This document shows positions 12,144 to 25,370 of a stretch of DNA of 64,000 nt, one piece after another. The stretch comes from Callorhinchus milii. Lineage: Eukaryota. Position 1 is the stretch's first letter. The number at the start of each line of letters is the position of its first letter. Position numbers and translations under genes: made by a program. The notes beneath the pieces are model-generated. The model was not told the DNA's origin. It worked only from the letters and a program-made list of their open reading frames with translations, and ran no database searches. Location of the stretch: the NCBI RefSeq assembly GCF_018977255.1, contig NW_024704743.1, positions 50,346,001-50,410,000 of the forward strand, in the 5' to 3' direction.

Positions 12144-12934
12144 ATAAATTCATGTGAATTTACTCCATTTACTAACTGTAATTAGCTAATTCTGTACAAC
12201 AATTGAACCGTATTACTTTCTGTTATGTGGTCTATGTGGCTTAGTGCTGCATCCTTACCCACTGGGATATCAGTGCACCATTATGTGGTATAATGCGCAC
12301 AAACAAACAACAGCTTACATGTTTTCTGGTGCCCTTTTAAATAGGATAATGTTTTGCGGTATTTTACAATGTTGGGGTCAGACTCCCGTAAATAGAAATA
12401 AGTCAAATCTCAAGGAAATCCTAATGAAATGTATTCATTTAATCTATTTTTATATACCATGCCTGCTTTCAGCTTGAAAAATTGTCCACAGTTCATTACA
12501 ATGAATAAAATTGAAGCCAGTTACATGGTTATTGTGTGTTGTTGAATAGTTTGTGTTTCAGTAGCTAAGTTATAAATTATTTATCCAGTGGGATTGGATG
12601 GTTGGATGGTTGATTCGCAATACATCAGTGAGATGCATGATTGTTTCTTTATTTGTCAACAAGTTCCTTGACCAAGCTTAGTTGACTGGAATCATAATAA
12701 AAAGCTTACTAGTCAAAAATAATGGTTGAGTTTGCATCCTGTCAGCTCATTTAATTAACTGACACATTTGGTTCAGGGAAGGCATTTGTCTAAGGGCTTT
12801 CTGTCTTTATGGAGACATGATATGGGTTAACCTTTAACTCACCTGAGGGTAAGGTGTCCTTGAGGGGAAATATCCTGTTGCTGATGCCTGTCTTGCTCTA
12901 GTGTACAAACTGCAGTGGAAAAAATAATAAAACA

Positions 12935-13200
12935 AAAACAATAATCCTTACATTTATATAGTGTCTTTCATATCAGGGGGACATCTCATCATGTTCACAA
13001 GATTTACTGTAAAGTGTAATCACTGCATCTAGACCAGAAGATATATGGTTCAAATGCTGTGCAAAATTGGCCTGGAGAAACTCTCTTCTCGAGTCGTAAC
13101 ATGGGCTTTTTAACATCCACCTGAACAAGTAGACAGGACATTGGATTAATGTCTCATCTCCAGGATGGCACCTGTGGCAATGCAGGGCTCTCCCATTCAA
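12935..13200 (-). mobile_element. Older Deu-SINE fragment
   Basis: TAACATCCACCTGAACAA core and tail. Confidence 0.65.
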
Positions 13201-13534
13201 GAACCATCCTAGATTATTACTACTAGAACCTGTTATGAAAAAAAAACCTTTTATTTTGAGGTGCAAATGGTTGCACCAAGCTGAGAACAAAGTGGCTTGA
13301 TAGGAACAGGAGGAGGCCATTCAGCTTATCTAGAAAATTCCCATAAGCAAATAGTTAACAAGTAAAAGCAAATTTTTTTTTAGTGAAGATTCATTCGCAC
13401 ACATGAATACTGTGGGATTCACTCACAATTACTAAGTCTGTCCATCAAAGAGTCAGAGTTAATCATAGCCTGGCATGCAGATTGTCCCTTTTGACAAGAT
13501 TATGAAGGGTATTAAAAGGGTTTACTCAAGTGGC

Positions 13535-13702
13535 AATAACAACAACAAAAATACATTTAGATAGTGTATTTCACGTCGGAAAGATGTCCCAAGGAGCTGC
13601 ACAGTGAGGGGTTTGCACCCAAGCTGCAGGTTGGGATCAGAGAGGGGTGGAGGGGAAGGGGAATGGAGGAGGGAAGGTGACCGAAGGCACGGTCGAAAAG
13701 GA
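13535..13702 (-). mobile_element. L2 3' UTR fragment
   Basis: FLFDRAF end of ORF2 plus tail. Confidence 0.75.
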
Positions 13703-16002
13703 AGATAACAAAGGAAATAACATAAGTGGGAGGTTTCAAAAGGCTGGAACACCCATTTATTAGTAGAACCCATGAACCTGAAGCTGAATAGGGAATGGTC
13801 ATGTGTCTTGTCAATGTGTCCTCCCAGCCCACAGCTTCACAGCATTCTATGTCAGCAAACTCCATCTTACCACATCAATTGTTTCATTAAATGTCAGCAC
13901 TGTGCTCTGAGGTACTATAGACCAGCTTTCCTATCAGTATAGTTTCTGTGTGTAAAAACTCCCAGATCATTGTGTGTCCAAGGCTGCAGTGGTCTTGTGG
14001 GATGTGCCTCTTCTAAAAATAGTGCAGTGTCTAAAAGGCTGCAGCGGGGATTACAATATGGTTTGATTTGTATTCTGGAACAAGGTCTTGTACAGTGACA
14101 AATTCATAAAAAATACTAAAACAATAATTTTATTCTTAAAACAACACCTTGCATTTATATTGTGCCCTGCACGTGGGATGCCATTTCGTGGGAATGCTGA
14201 AAGGGACATCTGACCCACTGTAACCTATTTGCAAACTGGCATGTTTGCCTTCTGAAAGAATTTGAACCACGTTTATGGGAATGAAAAAAAAGCTGTAAAT
14301 AAATTCCCGTATTACGTTATTACATTGATCAGTGAGTAAACTGATAGTTGTTACCAAGCAGTGAAAATGGTTCAATTAGCAATTTTACCTGGTTACTGTT
14401 GTATTTTCTACACAAAAATTGGATGTATCTAAAACTACTTTTTTAACAATCCATTCCCCAAATTTTATGACAAATCTTAATTAATTATTCAAATATACAT
14501 GTACCGAATTTCAAAACCTCTAGTCTGCTTCACCACGTTTTTAGATCATTGTAGATCCTTTCATCCCATTTCCCTCCTTTTCTCCATATCTGCCAAAATC
14601 CGGACTTCCCAAGTGTCTCTGTCTCTCACTTTTAAATATCCCAATTGAATCGACTGATAGTTGAGTATAAATCCTGGCCTCTGTGCAAGATTGAATGAAA
14701 TCTGGAAAATATCCCCAAATTCTACCTACTCTTAGACATTTTGTGAAAATGTAAGATTGTGCATCATTGTGGGACATTTTTAATCCAATTCTCTATCGTT
14801 TTCATTTATCAGTCATTCTAAACAACTTAAGCACTTGAAAAAAACTGAAACGTTTTAACATGTTATTTCTGTTTACACTATACTTCTCTTTTCTCTCTAT
14901 CCTCTATACTATTAGTTTACTACTTTAACTTTACTTTCCCCTGATAAACATTTTATTTTATCTATCCTTGGCTTTTTTAATTTTTTTAGATTAAAAACAT
15001 TGCATAGGGGAGCAACGTTGAAGTAAGGTAGTCTTTAGATTGGAGGAAAAGCATCTTCAAATTCAGACACATGAGATTCAATCTTTACAAAAATGGATCC
15101 GAATAATATGAAATACAAAATGGGACCCATAGTGTGATTTCCTCCCCTTCATTGAGGTAGTTTTTCTATGGCACTGCGGGGGTTAAAGATCAGTCGCCCC
15201 TTTAATATGTTGCCTTTGAAAATGAGTGGGTGAGAACTGCTGTGTAAAGCCTGGGCAACTTGTCATCAGTCTGTAGGGATGGTTAGTAAACACGGAACCT
15301 CTTCAGTCTCACAGTCAGGATCTTATACCAAACTGTATTTTCTTTTATTTAATATTCTACTGCNTTTTTTTTCCTTTTTTCTTAACACGGTGCTGTTTCT
15401 CTCTAAGTGAAATGACAACAGCACGGCTGTGGAAATATGAGTTTGTGCATTTCTGTTGCCCTCATTTCGAACAGTGACAATTTTGAAATGTTCTCAGCAA
15501 ATGGTCTTCAGTGCTTGACAGCTGGTGTGATGCTGATCTCATGAGAGGTGCAACAGCAGCAAGCAGCATGCAGGCTGGGCAAACACTGAGTCCCAGGGGC
15601 TTTCACTTCGAGGGTCTTCAGCTCCTAAAGAAAGCCAGAAACCCCTCAGGGACGAGTGTATGTCTCCTTAGAGAATGCAGCCTTTCAAAAACGTCTGGCT
15701 CACAGTTGCACACCACTTCTGCTGAGGTGTGTCATTGTCGTCCCCAGATAAGGTCAGTATTGCACACAGGCTTTCACATGAGGGATCGCTTTGTAATTGA
15801 AGTCACTCCTGAAGGGAGTTTTATGCTTTAATTACGTGTCGAGACCCAGTTGTTTTATTTATAAATGTAGACTGATAATAATCTTCAGCACAATTAACCA
15901 TCTGCACTCACCATTTGAAGCATTCAAAAAGTATTTATTATAATGACAAAACAAACAGAATGCTCAACACCGCACAAGGGTAGTGTTCATGCTGATATTC
16001 TA

Positions 16003-16340
16003 GAGGGACTGAGTGGCTCATTGGGTACAATATTGTCCTTTTATCTCAGTGACCTGGATTTGAATCATGTACAGAATGATAGGCTGCAAGTCTCCTTTCT
16101 CTGACATTTTCAGGGATCCTAAGAGAAATACATTTAGAGTAATACAGGTGCCAGCACATACAGCCCACAGCACAAAAGTGTTCCTAGTGTAACACTATTT
16201 GGCACTAAGATGTTAATTTTGGCTTTGAGATATCACAGCAATGCTGTTACAGTGAATGCAAACCTTTACATTCCTCAAGATGTGCAGAATATTAGGGAGA
16301 ATAGAAGGAGTTTGCTCTGCATCTAACTTGGAAGTGTTGT
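16003..16340 (+). mobile_element. LF-SINE-like ancient SINE relic
   Basis: GGGACTGAGTGGCTCA head, CCTTTTATCTC..GACCTGGATTTGAATC, CCACAGCACAAAA..TTTGGCACTAA blocks, compared with the consensus from memory. Confidence 0.45.
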
Positions 16341-16384
16341 TCCTCTCATGTGGTTCATTCCCAGCATTGGTGAGGACCTGGATG

Positions 16385-16640
16385 CACTCTCAATCCTCTC
16401 TGTAATATTTTTTCTCTTCTTCTTTCCTTCTGGTGATAATCCTCAATACATTCCCTCTTGTTATTAGTCCACCAGTCAGTTGAAATACCTTTTCTTCTCT
16501 ATTTACCCTGAAAAAACATTAATAATTTTGAAAATCTTTCTCAGATCCCCTTTAACCTTCTCTGCTCCAGCGTAAATAGCCTCAAGTTTCCAAGTCTCTC
16601 TGCATAAAGTTATCCCGGGTATCATCTGAGTGAACCTCTG
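16385..16640 (-). mobile_element. Old CR1 fragment
   Basis: Minus-strand QRFTQMIPG...KGDLRKIFKII remnant. Confidence 0.65.
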
Positions 16641-16852
16641 AATGAATGAATTAATTAATGAATGAAAGACCCACTGTACGATACCAGTGGGTCTGAGGTT
16701 GCCTATCTTTTCTCTCCAGTTCAGCTCAAATGACACATTGTTCAGCTCTCTGAGACTCTACCTCTCGTGAAGGGCGTGATGTAAATGTAGGTTACTGTTG
16801 ACTCATCATTCAGGATGGCTAGTTTATTTTCAAGTACTTGAGTGGATCAAGC

Positions 16853-17144
16853 GGCCTGAAATTCAAATGTAAGGATTATTATTATTATTATTTTAAGGAT
16901 GCCGAAACCTGAAATTTCATCTAGTTTTTTTTTCCTACAAGACTATTTCACTCCAAGTGTAAGATTGCGCAGAGTTGTGGAAAATTCACAATTCAATCTT
17001 GATTTGGAGGCCCTTCCTCTGCAGTTGTTAAAACAACTGGCTTGCAAATTAAGACTGAATTGAAAAAAAATCCACAACTCTACTTGATCTTTAAATTTAA
17101 AACAAATTGGTTTTACAGATTAAGATTATATAGAATTTCAGGCC
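16853..17144. mobile_element. Fold-back (palindromic) MITE
   Basis: Perfect 12-bp termini GGCCTGAAATTC/GAATTTCAGGCC; complementary inner arms; central CAGTTGTT-AA-AACAACTG. Confidence 0.7.
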
Positions 17145-17420
17145 TCTGGATTCACTCAAGAGTTTGAAAATAACTTGGTGAGCTGGCCATCCTGGATAAT
17201 CCCTAACCACTAGAATGAGCAGAAGACAAGTGTAACTTTCATCTATGAGCACAATAACCATTTTTGTATCACACCTTTAAATAAGAAAGCAAAGACCATT
17301 TAAACTTAACGCTATCCATTGGGAATTGGTAGATGCCATGGCAGGTTCAGGATTGTGCTGTTACTCAACCTTCTCATCCTTGGAGTAATCTTTCAATTTA
17401 GCAACACTTAAACAGAGTAT

Positions 17421-17540
17421 GATAACAGGAAATGGTTTCAGCAATGTTTTGAATTTCAAAGAGTATGGTATTTCTTTCATGATAACAGGAAATGATATCA
17501 GCAATGCTTTGAATTTCATGGAGTATGGTATTTCTTTCTT
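17421..17540. repeat. 60-bp tandem duplication (2 copies)
   Basis: GATAACAGGAAATG...GAGTATGGTATTTCTTTC repeated at a 60-bp period. Confidence 0.9.
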
Positions 17541-17659
17541 TCTCACCTTTTAAATTATTTTGTCTTCTCCTTTAGATCTTGCTGCACCATATTTAATTCC
17601 TGGAATTAGAATAGATGGAGGTCAGGCAACCTCATCTCAGGCTCTGTCACCGACAACCG

Positions 17660-18072
17660 GGTGGTCAATCTGGATCAGTTGGCAATATTCTCACCCCTGA
17701 GTCAAGCCACAGTTGGTAACTTTGAATGGATGTTGACTAAGGTGACACTCCAATGTAATGCTGGGGCTGAGCTGCATTGTTTGAGGTGATGTCTTTTGGA
17801 TGAAATTTTAAACCAAGATCCTAACTGCCTGTTCAGGTGGATGTTAAAGATCCCATGGCTTTATTCTCCCAGTGTTCTGGCTAACAGTCCCCCATAGAAA
17901 ATTGGTCATTCATTTCATGGCTGTTTGTGTGACATTGCTATGAGCAAATTGGCCGCTGTGTTGCCTAAAAAATAAACAGTCACTAAAACTTTATGGTATA
18001 TCCTGTGAAGCATTTTGAGATGTTGTCTTGGTATGAAAGATGCTAGGTCAAATACAAGAATTATTATTTTAT
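17660..18072 (+). mobile_element. Older Deu-SINE (SacSINE1-like)
   Basis: GTTCAGGTGGATGTTAAAGATCCCATGGC core, Deu motif, tail. Confidence 0.75.
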
Positions 18073-19296
18073 TATCATAGCACTGTAACCTTTTGTTGGA
18101 CTTGCATGTGAACAAGCTGGCAAGACTCAGCTTCTTAGGTGATATTCTCTCTTCCAACCTTATAGCATCCATCCTTTCACCATTTCCAAAATGACTTACC
18201 AAGTTTGTGGAGGATAGTAAGCTCAAAAGCCGAAGCTGTATTTTTCTGTGGCACCAACACCCTCCGTCAGGGGGAGGTTTAGTTTCAAATTACAATATGA
18301 CCAAAAAATCCTGATCACAAAGCAACATGCTCATAACCTCACTGCTGTGCAACAGATATACTTGAGTTGACAGATTGGTCATGTATCAGTAATATCTCAA
18401 ATTACTGCAGAGCATTTGGCTTCCTCGAAGCCTGTTTAACATCAGGGAAATTGTGTTTTCTTACCATATTTTTAGACATGATACTTATTTTATCGACAAG
18501 CAAGTGGACTGAGTGGACTGACTCACTGTGCTTTGAACCCAGAAGCTTTGAGTCACAAGCTCATTCAACAGGCTGAGCTACCCAGGGCCGTTTGTTCATT
18601 GGTGTTTGCATTCAGTATTAATTCAAGTGTAATTACACACAGTGGGAAACTAGCATTAAATAAGTTAAGCTTTAAATAAGAACTCAAGCTATCTGCTTTA
18701 TCTTTCTCAATTGTAGATGAGGGCTGACGAGCCTGCTAGGTTTCTTTTCTCTTGGGTTTGAAATGTGACCAGCAGTGCAATGCCAGTGAGCCATGCACTG
18801 TGGTGTTTGAGTAAGTGTGCGCACAGCTCTGCCTTCGATAACTCCTGAGTAGTGTGAGCGGCCAGTGTATCCACTTTCAGTAATGAGAAGGAGACTACAC
18901 TGCTTGGTGCAACATCACTGGGGTGATACACTGACGACTGATTACTTCTATGATTCTTATAATAATCCTTGCTTTGGTATAGCGGTTGTCACGTTGGGAG
19001 GTTGTCCCAAAGCCCTTCGTAGCATTTTCATCATGAAAGCAGATATTTATCAGCAAAAAATAAAATTACTTTAAAGGTTTGTTTTGTCTTTATCCACTAA
19101 CTGGTTAGCTATCGCAGATGTGATTTACTGTATTTTTCAGATTGATGGAACTGATCCAAATGAATCAGGCTTTTCAGGCAGAATAGTCTGAGACTAGGCA
19201 TGTGCAGATGAGCTTATGTTAGTTAATAGGTCATTTCAAATGCTGACTTTGTTGGACCTGTCTTTCCCTCTCGGTCGGCTAAGGCCTCCAATTGTA

Positions 19297-20143
19297 CTAA
19301 TAATCCTTGCATTTGACATAGTGCCTTATCACGTCTTCGAGATGTCTCAAAGCGCTTCACAGAATATACTGTAAAGTGAATTGACTGTATATTTTGTGTG
19401 TAGAAACACGGCAGCCAATTGTTCTCAGCAGTATCCCACAAACAGTGATGGATTGAGTGACCAATTTATTATTTTTAACTTTTTTTCTTTTTTGAAGGGA
19501 TTATTACACACGGAGTAGCGATCCGCCAATCGACTAACAACTGGGTTCCTTACTGCTAGGTAAACAGGCATGTGGTACCAGGAATGAGGGACCTTGATTA
19601 TGAGGAAAGGCTAGAGAGGCTGGGATTATTCTCATATGAGCAGAGAAGGTTACGAGGAGGTATAATAGGGGTCTTCAAAATAATGAGGGGATTTGATAAG
19701 TTAGAAAAGGAAAAACTGTTTCCACTGGTGGGTGTGTCGGTGAGATGAGGTCACAGATTCAAAATAGTCTCTAAAAGAAGCAGAGGGGAGGTTAGAAGAA
19801 ATTTTTTCACGCAGCGAGTTGTTCGAATCTGGAACGCATTGCCTGAAAGGGTGGTTGAGGCCGATTCGATAACTACTTTTAAAAACACGGTGGACGGGTA
19901 TTTGAGGAGGACGGGTTTGCAGGGTTATGGAGAAGGAGCTGGGGAGTGGGATTGACATTAATTGCTCTATTCAAAGAGCCGGCACAAACTCGATGGGCCG
20001 AATGGCCTCTTTTTGTGCTGTACGATTCTATGATTCTATGTGGAGTAAGAAAACTTGCCCAATATTTTACCCTGCTTGGGAATCAAATCCAGGTCCTCTC
20101 ACTAACAAGGCGAGTGCTCTAACCAATACGCTACAGGACTCCA
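19297..20143 (-). mobile_element. Younger Deu-SINE (long form) interrupted by CR1
   Basis: Tail at 19297, body to 19575, head resumes at 20044-20143. Confidence 0.88.
19576..20040 (+). mobile_element. Young 5'-truncated CR1 (HER1-like ATTCTATG tail)
   Basis: PGMRDLDYEERLERLGLFS...WNALPERVVEAD; tail GATTCTATGATTCTATG; ATGTGG duplicated on both sides. Confidence 0.95.
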
Positions 20144-21965
20144 CAGAATAGACGTTTGGTGTGCTTATATTTAAGAAGCAATGTCCATCTTAAACAGGAT
20201 TTTATAAAGCTTTTGCAACCTTTTTGTGCTTGATCTGTGCAGGGTTTTATCAGATCTCAAGAATTAAGTCTGTATACAATTCTTTTCCATTCACTTTAAT
20301 CTCCCCTACAAAAGGTTGCATTTTCTCTTTGAAACTGATTTCTGCAAAGTGCTTTCCTCAGTAGTTAGAAGACACTGGTGACCCCAAGCATCCAATGTAT
20401 TGCTTGAGGGAGACCTCAATCCTTTGATATTTATGATCCTTTGTCAATCCAGATTACAAATACCACATTCTGACCCCACTGTACTTCTGATTCTCTCTGC
20501 TTATTTATGCCATCTGCCAAATCTGCCGTTTGCATACAAAAATAGCCACTACTTTGATTGTAGTACTTTGAGACATTACTGTGACCAAATTATTATTATT
20601 CATTTATTTAATTTTTTTTGAAGGGAATATTATCCCTGGAAAAGAGATCCACCAATCAACTAACAATTGGTTTCCTACTTACTGCTGGTAAACAGAGGTG
20701 TGTGGAGTAAGAAAACTTGCCTAATAATTACACTGGAATGCTTTGACATGTTTTGATCTAACAGACACAACAACAGTTTGCATTTACATAGTGTTCTTCC
20801 ATGCAGAATAGTATCTTGGAGCAATGTCCAGTGGTGAGGTTGGACATCGAGTGAGGGGGGGAAGGGTTGTGGTTGGAGAGGTAAGTCTTAAGGTGTGATT
20901 TAAAGATAAAGAGGAGGCGAGGTGGAGGGATTGAGACAGGGAGATCTAGAGGTAAACTTAATTGGAACATCAGCTGGAAAAAAACATGTAAACTGTATTT
21001 TGAACCTTAATATGCTTTCAGAACTCCACTATATGGAGAACTTCCCCCTCCCCCGGCTCAGTGTTGTGCTCCGCCATTGTCAAGCACTCTGGGACGGTAT
21101 CCTGCACGAGGCGTGCAATATAAATGCAAGTTGTTGTTGTTATATCAGAACAAGGAATCTTATGACTGAATTATGCACTGCAGTGCTATTAGTAATCTGA
21201 AATCTTGTACACTCAACCCAGATGAATAGGGGTCTCTTTGAACATGTAACAATTTCAATGCGTACGAGGTTTCCAGTCAGGGAGCAAACAGTAGCTTTAA
21301 TGATCAGTTTGTGTGATGTCCAATTACTAACTGCAGATCGGATTTCAGACAAAAATGCATAAAGATTAATAATTATTGTTTCACAGGGTTTTAAAAGGAA
21401 TACTATGTGGCAAAAAATATTTGAATTATATTATCTAATGGAAAACAAACATGTATTTTGAACCTTTGTGTGCTCCTAGAACTCCATCTCTGCAGAGACT
21501 ACAGGAGCAGAGAATTCAGCATTGAGAATGACTCCGCAGGCAGACTGTTAAAATACTAATGCAATAAAGAAAAGGAAAATAAATAATAAATAACCCAATC
21601 AGGAAATATACTGGGAGCCATGTATAATTCAACCACCGACATTTACGTGAGCTACAAAACAGTTACGGTTGACATGCTTTTACTGTTCCTATAAGAATAC
21701 AATTGAGAAACAAACACCCACACCAAAGAAGCTTGAAGTTTTAGGCAATTAAATTGCCTTCATTTGTAGTTAGTGCAATGATGATGGACATTTCTTTTCA
21801 GATTACTGTACTCCACATTGAATGATTTGAATGGGGGTAATTCTCAGAACGTTGCTTTAAATTGGTTGCAGCTGCATTGACGATTCATGATGTATTTATG
21901 CTTTTTTCCCCCCCAGAGGCTAAAAGGTTCATTTATATGGTTCGCAGAACAAACTGCTTTGTTTT

Positions 21966-22415
21966 CAATAATAATAAATAATAGTAATCATTCCACTTGA
22001 TATTCAGCCTTTCATATCAGAGGATGCCTCAAAATGCTTCACGGGGAATGCAGCGGCCAATTTGCGTTCAATCCTGATTTACAAATAGGCATAGAGTTAA
22101 TGACCAATTCTATCTGGGGGGATTGTTGGCAAGGACACCGGGAGAAACTCCCTTCTCATTTTGAGTAGTTCCATGGGATCTTTAATGGTTTAATGTCTCA
22201 AGTAAAGGACAGCATCTCTAACAATGCAGTGTACCCCCAGCATTGCTTTGGATTGCCAGCTGAGACTATGAGTTCAAAGTCCTGACATGGGGCTTGAACC
22301 CTCAACTTCTGACAATATATTGCTGCCCCAGCATTGCACGGGAGTGTCACCCGAGACTAAGCTTGAACCTGTATCTCTGAGGCTAGAGTGCTACCACTGA
22401 GGTAAACTGACACCT
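21966..22415 (-). mobile_element. Older Deu-SINE, with a partly duplicated head
   Basis: CCATGGGATCTTTAA core; two CCCCAGCATTGC..CTTGAACC segments. Confidence 0.65.
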
Positions 22416-22795
22416 GATCCCTTAAATATGAAATGTGTCCTGGAACATGAGATAATAGTCACCCAGATTGACAGTAGACTCAATATACCCTATACTCTTC
22501 CTGGATTAATGCCTCTTGGTATAAATAGAAATGCAGTCCAGCTATTCAGTTTGAACAAATAAGTAGGCAGTGATCTGGGAAATGAGAATTCCCAAAGTCA
22601 CATCTGAAGACAATACATTTTCTGCCAACCATCAACTAGGGCAATGAAGCTAAGAACAGAGGCTCCACACTGCACAAAGTGATGCTAACACACTTGATAG
22701 CTAGTCAGTCCCTGTAAAGTGATATCCATGTTCTCCATAAATAACTTATAAGTCGGGTTTATTGGAACTTTAGTTTTAATATTTTATTTTTAAAA

Positions 22796-23059
22796 AGCCT
22801 CAAGTTCAATGAAATCTTAAATTCTTCTTAGTCTTAGTTTACTAGGCTATTTTATCTTAAAGTTTAAAGATTGTGAAGAATTGTTGAAAATTCTTAATTT
22901 CAGTTTTAATTTGGACTTTAATTTGGAAGTCAGTTTTACACTATTCTTAAAAATTGGCTCCAAATTCCGACTGAGTTAAAATTTGTCCACTATTCTGTGT
23001 GATGTTACATTTGAAGGCAAAACGGTTTTACAGCAAAAACTGGACAGAATTTCAGGTCC
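22796..23059. mobile_element. Fold-back MITE copy
   Basis: Same arm sequences as 16853-17144; right end GAATTTCAGGTCC. Confidence 0.55.
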
Positions 23060-23611
23060 TGGTGAAAAACACACTGGTGAACACATTAGGCAAAAGCCAT
23101 GAATGAAAATACAGAGGATATAAAGTTCCTATTTATTAAGGACAACATTGCTACTCATTTAATACCATTCTTGGTGCAAAATAGATCAATTTTTGTGCTC
23201 TGTTTATAGTATTCATGTCTGTCTTATATTCTGAATTATGTTTTCTTTCTTGGGAAAATGCTTTTCAGATTATTAAAGTAACTGTGGTACTATCCTTGGC
23301 AAACTGCATCTGTTGGACTTAATGAAAGGTTGCACTGTGAAACAACTGTTCTAAATTTAACGGCATAATATTTAGTCTCAGTGTTTCAGAAGAGCTCTCA
23401 TTGTTTAACGTTCTCACTGAGACAGCAGCAGGACACTGCAAAGGACATTTAAGAAGCGGCAGGAATAGTAGGTGTATTTTTCTGCAGAGAGAGGATTGGG
23501 TAGAGGAATAGGTTACATTATTGTAGCAACAACGACTACATGCATTTTTATATATGCAGGATAGCATTACTATAGTTCCTCATTTTAAATTCCAAGCTGC
23601 CGCTGATCTCA

Positions 23612-23960
23612 ACAATAACAATTCTTGCATTTGATATAGCATCTGATCATACTACAGTGTCTCAAAGTGCTCCACAGTAATTATTGTTAAGTTTAGTGAC
23701 TGCATTTGTTGGTGAAGCAGCAGCCAATGGTGCCCAGCAATATTTCACAAACAGCCATGAATGAATGACCAATTTAACTAGAAGATTGTTGGCCAGGTCA
23801 CAGGAAGAAATTACCTTCTCTTTTCGCACAGTATTATGGATTCTTTAACAGGCAGATGGGATTTCAGTTAATTTCTCATCCAAACATCGACACCTCCAAC
23901 AATGCAATTCTCCCCCAGCACGACATTTGAGGGTCAGCCTAGACTGTGAGTTCAAAATCT
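23612..23960 (-). mobile_element. Older Deu-SINE
   Basis: Tail, Deu motif and core on the minus strand. Confidence 0.65.
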
Positions 23961-24407
23961 CTTCCCTTGAAAACATTCTCTATACTACACAGCTGCAGTA
24001 CTGAAGCAGCATCCCCAGAGGTACTACAAGGTGCTTAAAACAGTTGTGACATATTTGACCGAAAATTAAAAGTGCTGATCTGGGTCCTGGACTCCGTCAA
24101 TCTCCTCCACCTGCCTACATTTCTCTATGGAGTAGAGCCAGTGACTGTAGTTGTGGATAGTGTCGTTTATCAATCTTCTAGAACCATAGAAATTTACATC
24201 ACAGAAAGAGGCCATTCAATCCACCGTGCATTTGCTGGCTTTCTGAAAGAGCCTCTTTTTTACCTACAAATCCACAGTCACCACACTTCACAGTAAATCC
24301 TGTGTAGCACGTTGAGATGTTTTGATAACATGTATATTATTGTTGATGTTTCCAGCTGTGTGTTCACTGTGAGCTTTAAGTGTACTTACACAAACTTATT
24401 TTAAAAC

Positions 24408-25370
24408 AATAATAATAATGCTCACATTTGATATAGCACCTTTCACATCAGCTGGATTTCTCAAGTGCTACATTGGAGTTACTGTAAAGTGGAGTGACTG
24501 TGTATTCTACAGGTGAATGTGGCAACCAATTTGCACACAACAATGTCTCACAAAAGCCATGAATGAATGAATGAATGAATGAATGAGCAATTTTATTTGA
24601 GTAATTGTTAGCCTGGACAATGGGAGAAACTCTCTTCTCTTTTGGAGTAGTGCCATGGGATCTTTAATGTCCACCTGAACAGTTTATGGCCTTGCCCCCT
24701 CCTACCTCTCTGACCTGCTGACTCCCTACGAGTCTGCCCGCTTCCTCTGTTCAGCGGGCTCCGGCCTGCTCCATGTCTCTCGCCCGAACCGCCCTATCAT
24801 CAGTGGCCAGGCTTTCAGCCTCTCTGCCCCCACACTCTAGAACTCCATCCCACGGTCCCTTCGCCTCTCTTCCTCCCTTGTCTCCTTCAAGGTTGGTCTC
24901 AAGACCTTTCTCTTCAACCGTGCCTTTGGTCTCCCTCCCACCTCTCTGCCTTCCCTCACCCCTACACCACCCCTCCCCCAGGCTCGGGCCCCGACACCTG
25001 ACTGTTCAGCACTTTGGGACGTCCTCCCGACATGAAAGGTACTCTATAAATGTCATTTTGTTGTTGTTGTTGTTAACTCCCCAGCAAGCACTGCATTGGA
25101 TTATCATTCTTCCTCTATCCCTCTGTCTTACCCCTTCCTTCCTCATCATAAGGTTGTAACTGAAGACCTTCCTATGGCCATCTTCCCCTTCCCCGGCTCT
25201 GAGTCATGCTCCACCATTGTCAAGCGCTCTGGGACACTAACCTGCGTGAGGGGCGCTATATGAATGCAAGTTGTTGTTATCATCTTATACTATGTGAGTT
25301 GTGTGGCTTTAACCCACATCCTTCAGACTCAGGGCCGAGAATGCTACCAACTGAGCCAGATTGACATCTA
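24408..25370 (-). mobile_element. Older Deu-SINE interrupted by L2 fragments
   Basis: Tail at 24408, core to 24684, head GCTACCAACTGAGCCAG..TGACA at ~25340-25368; internal (TGAA)n. Confidence 0.65.
24685..25074 (+). mobile_element. L2 3' fragment
   Basis: GLAPSYLSDLL...SSFKVGLKTFLF; tail GGGACGTCCTCCCGACATGAAAGG..(TTG)n. Confidence 0.9.
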
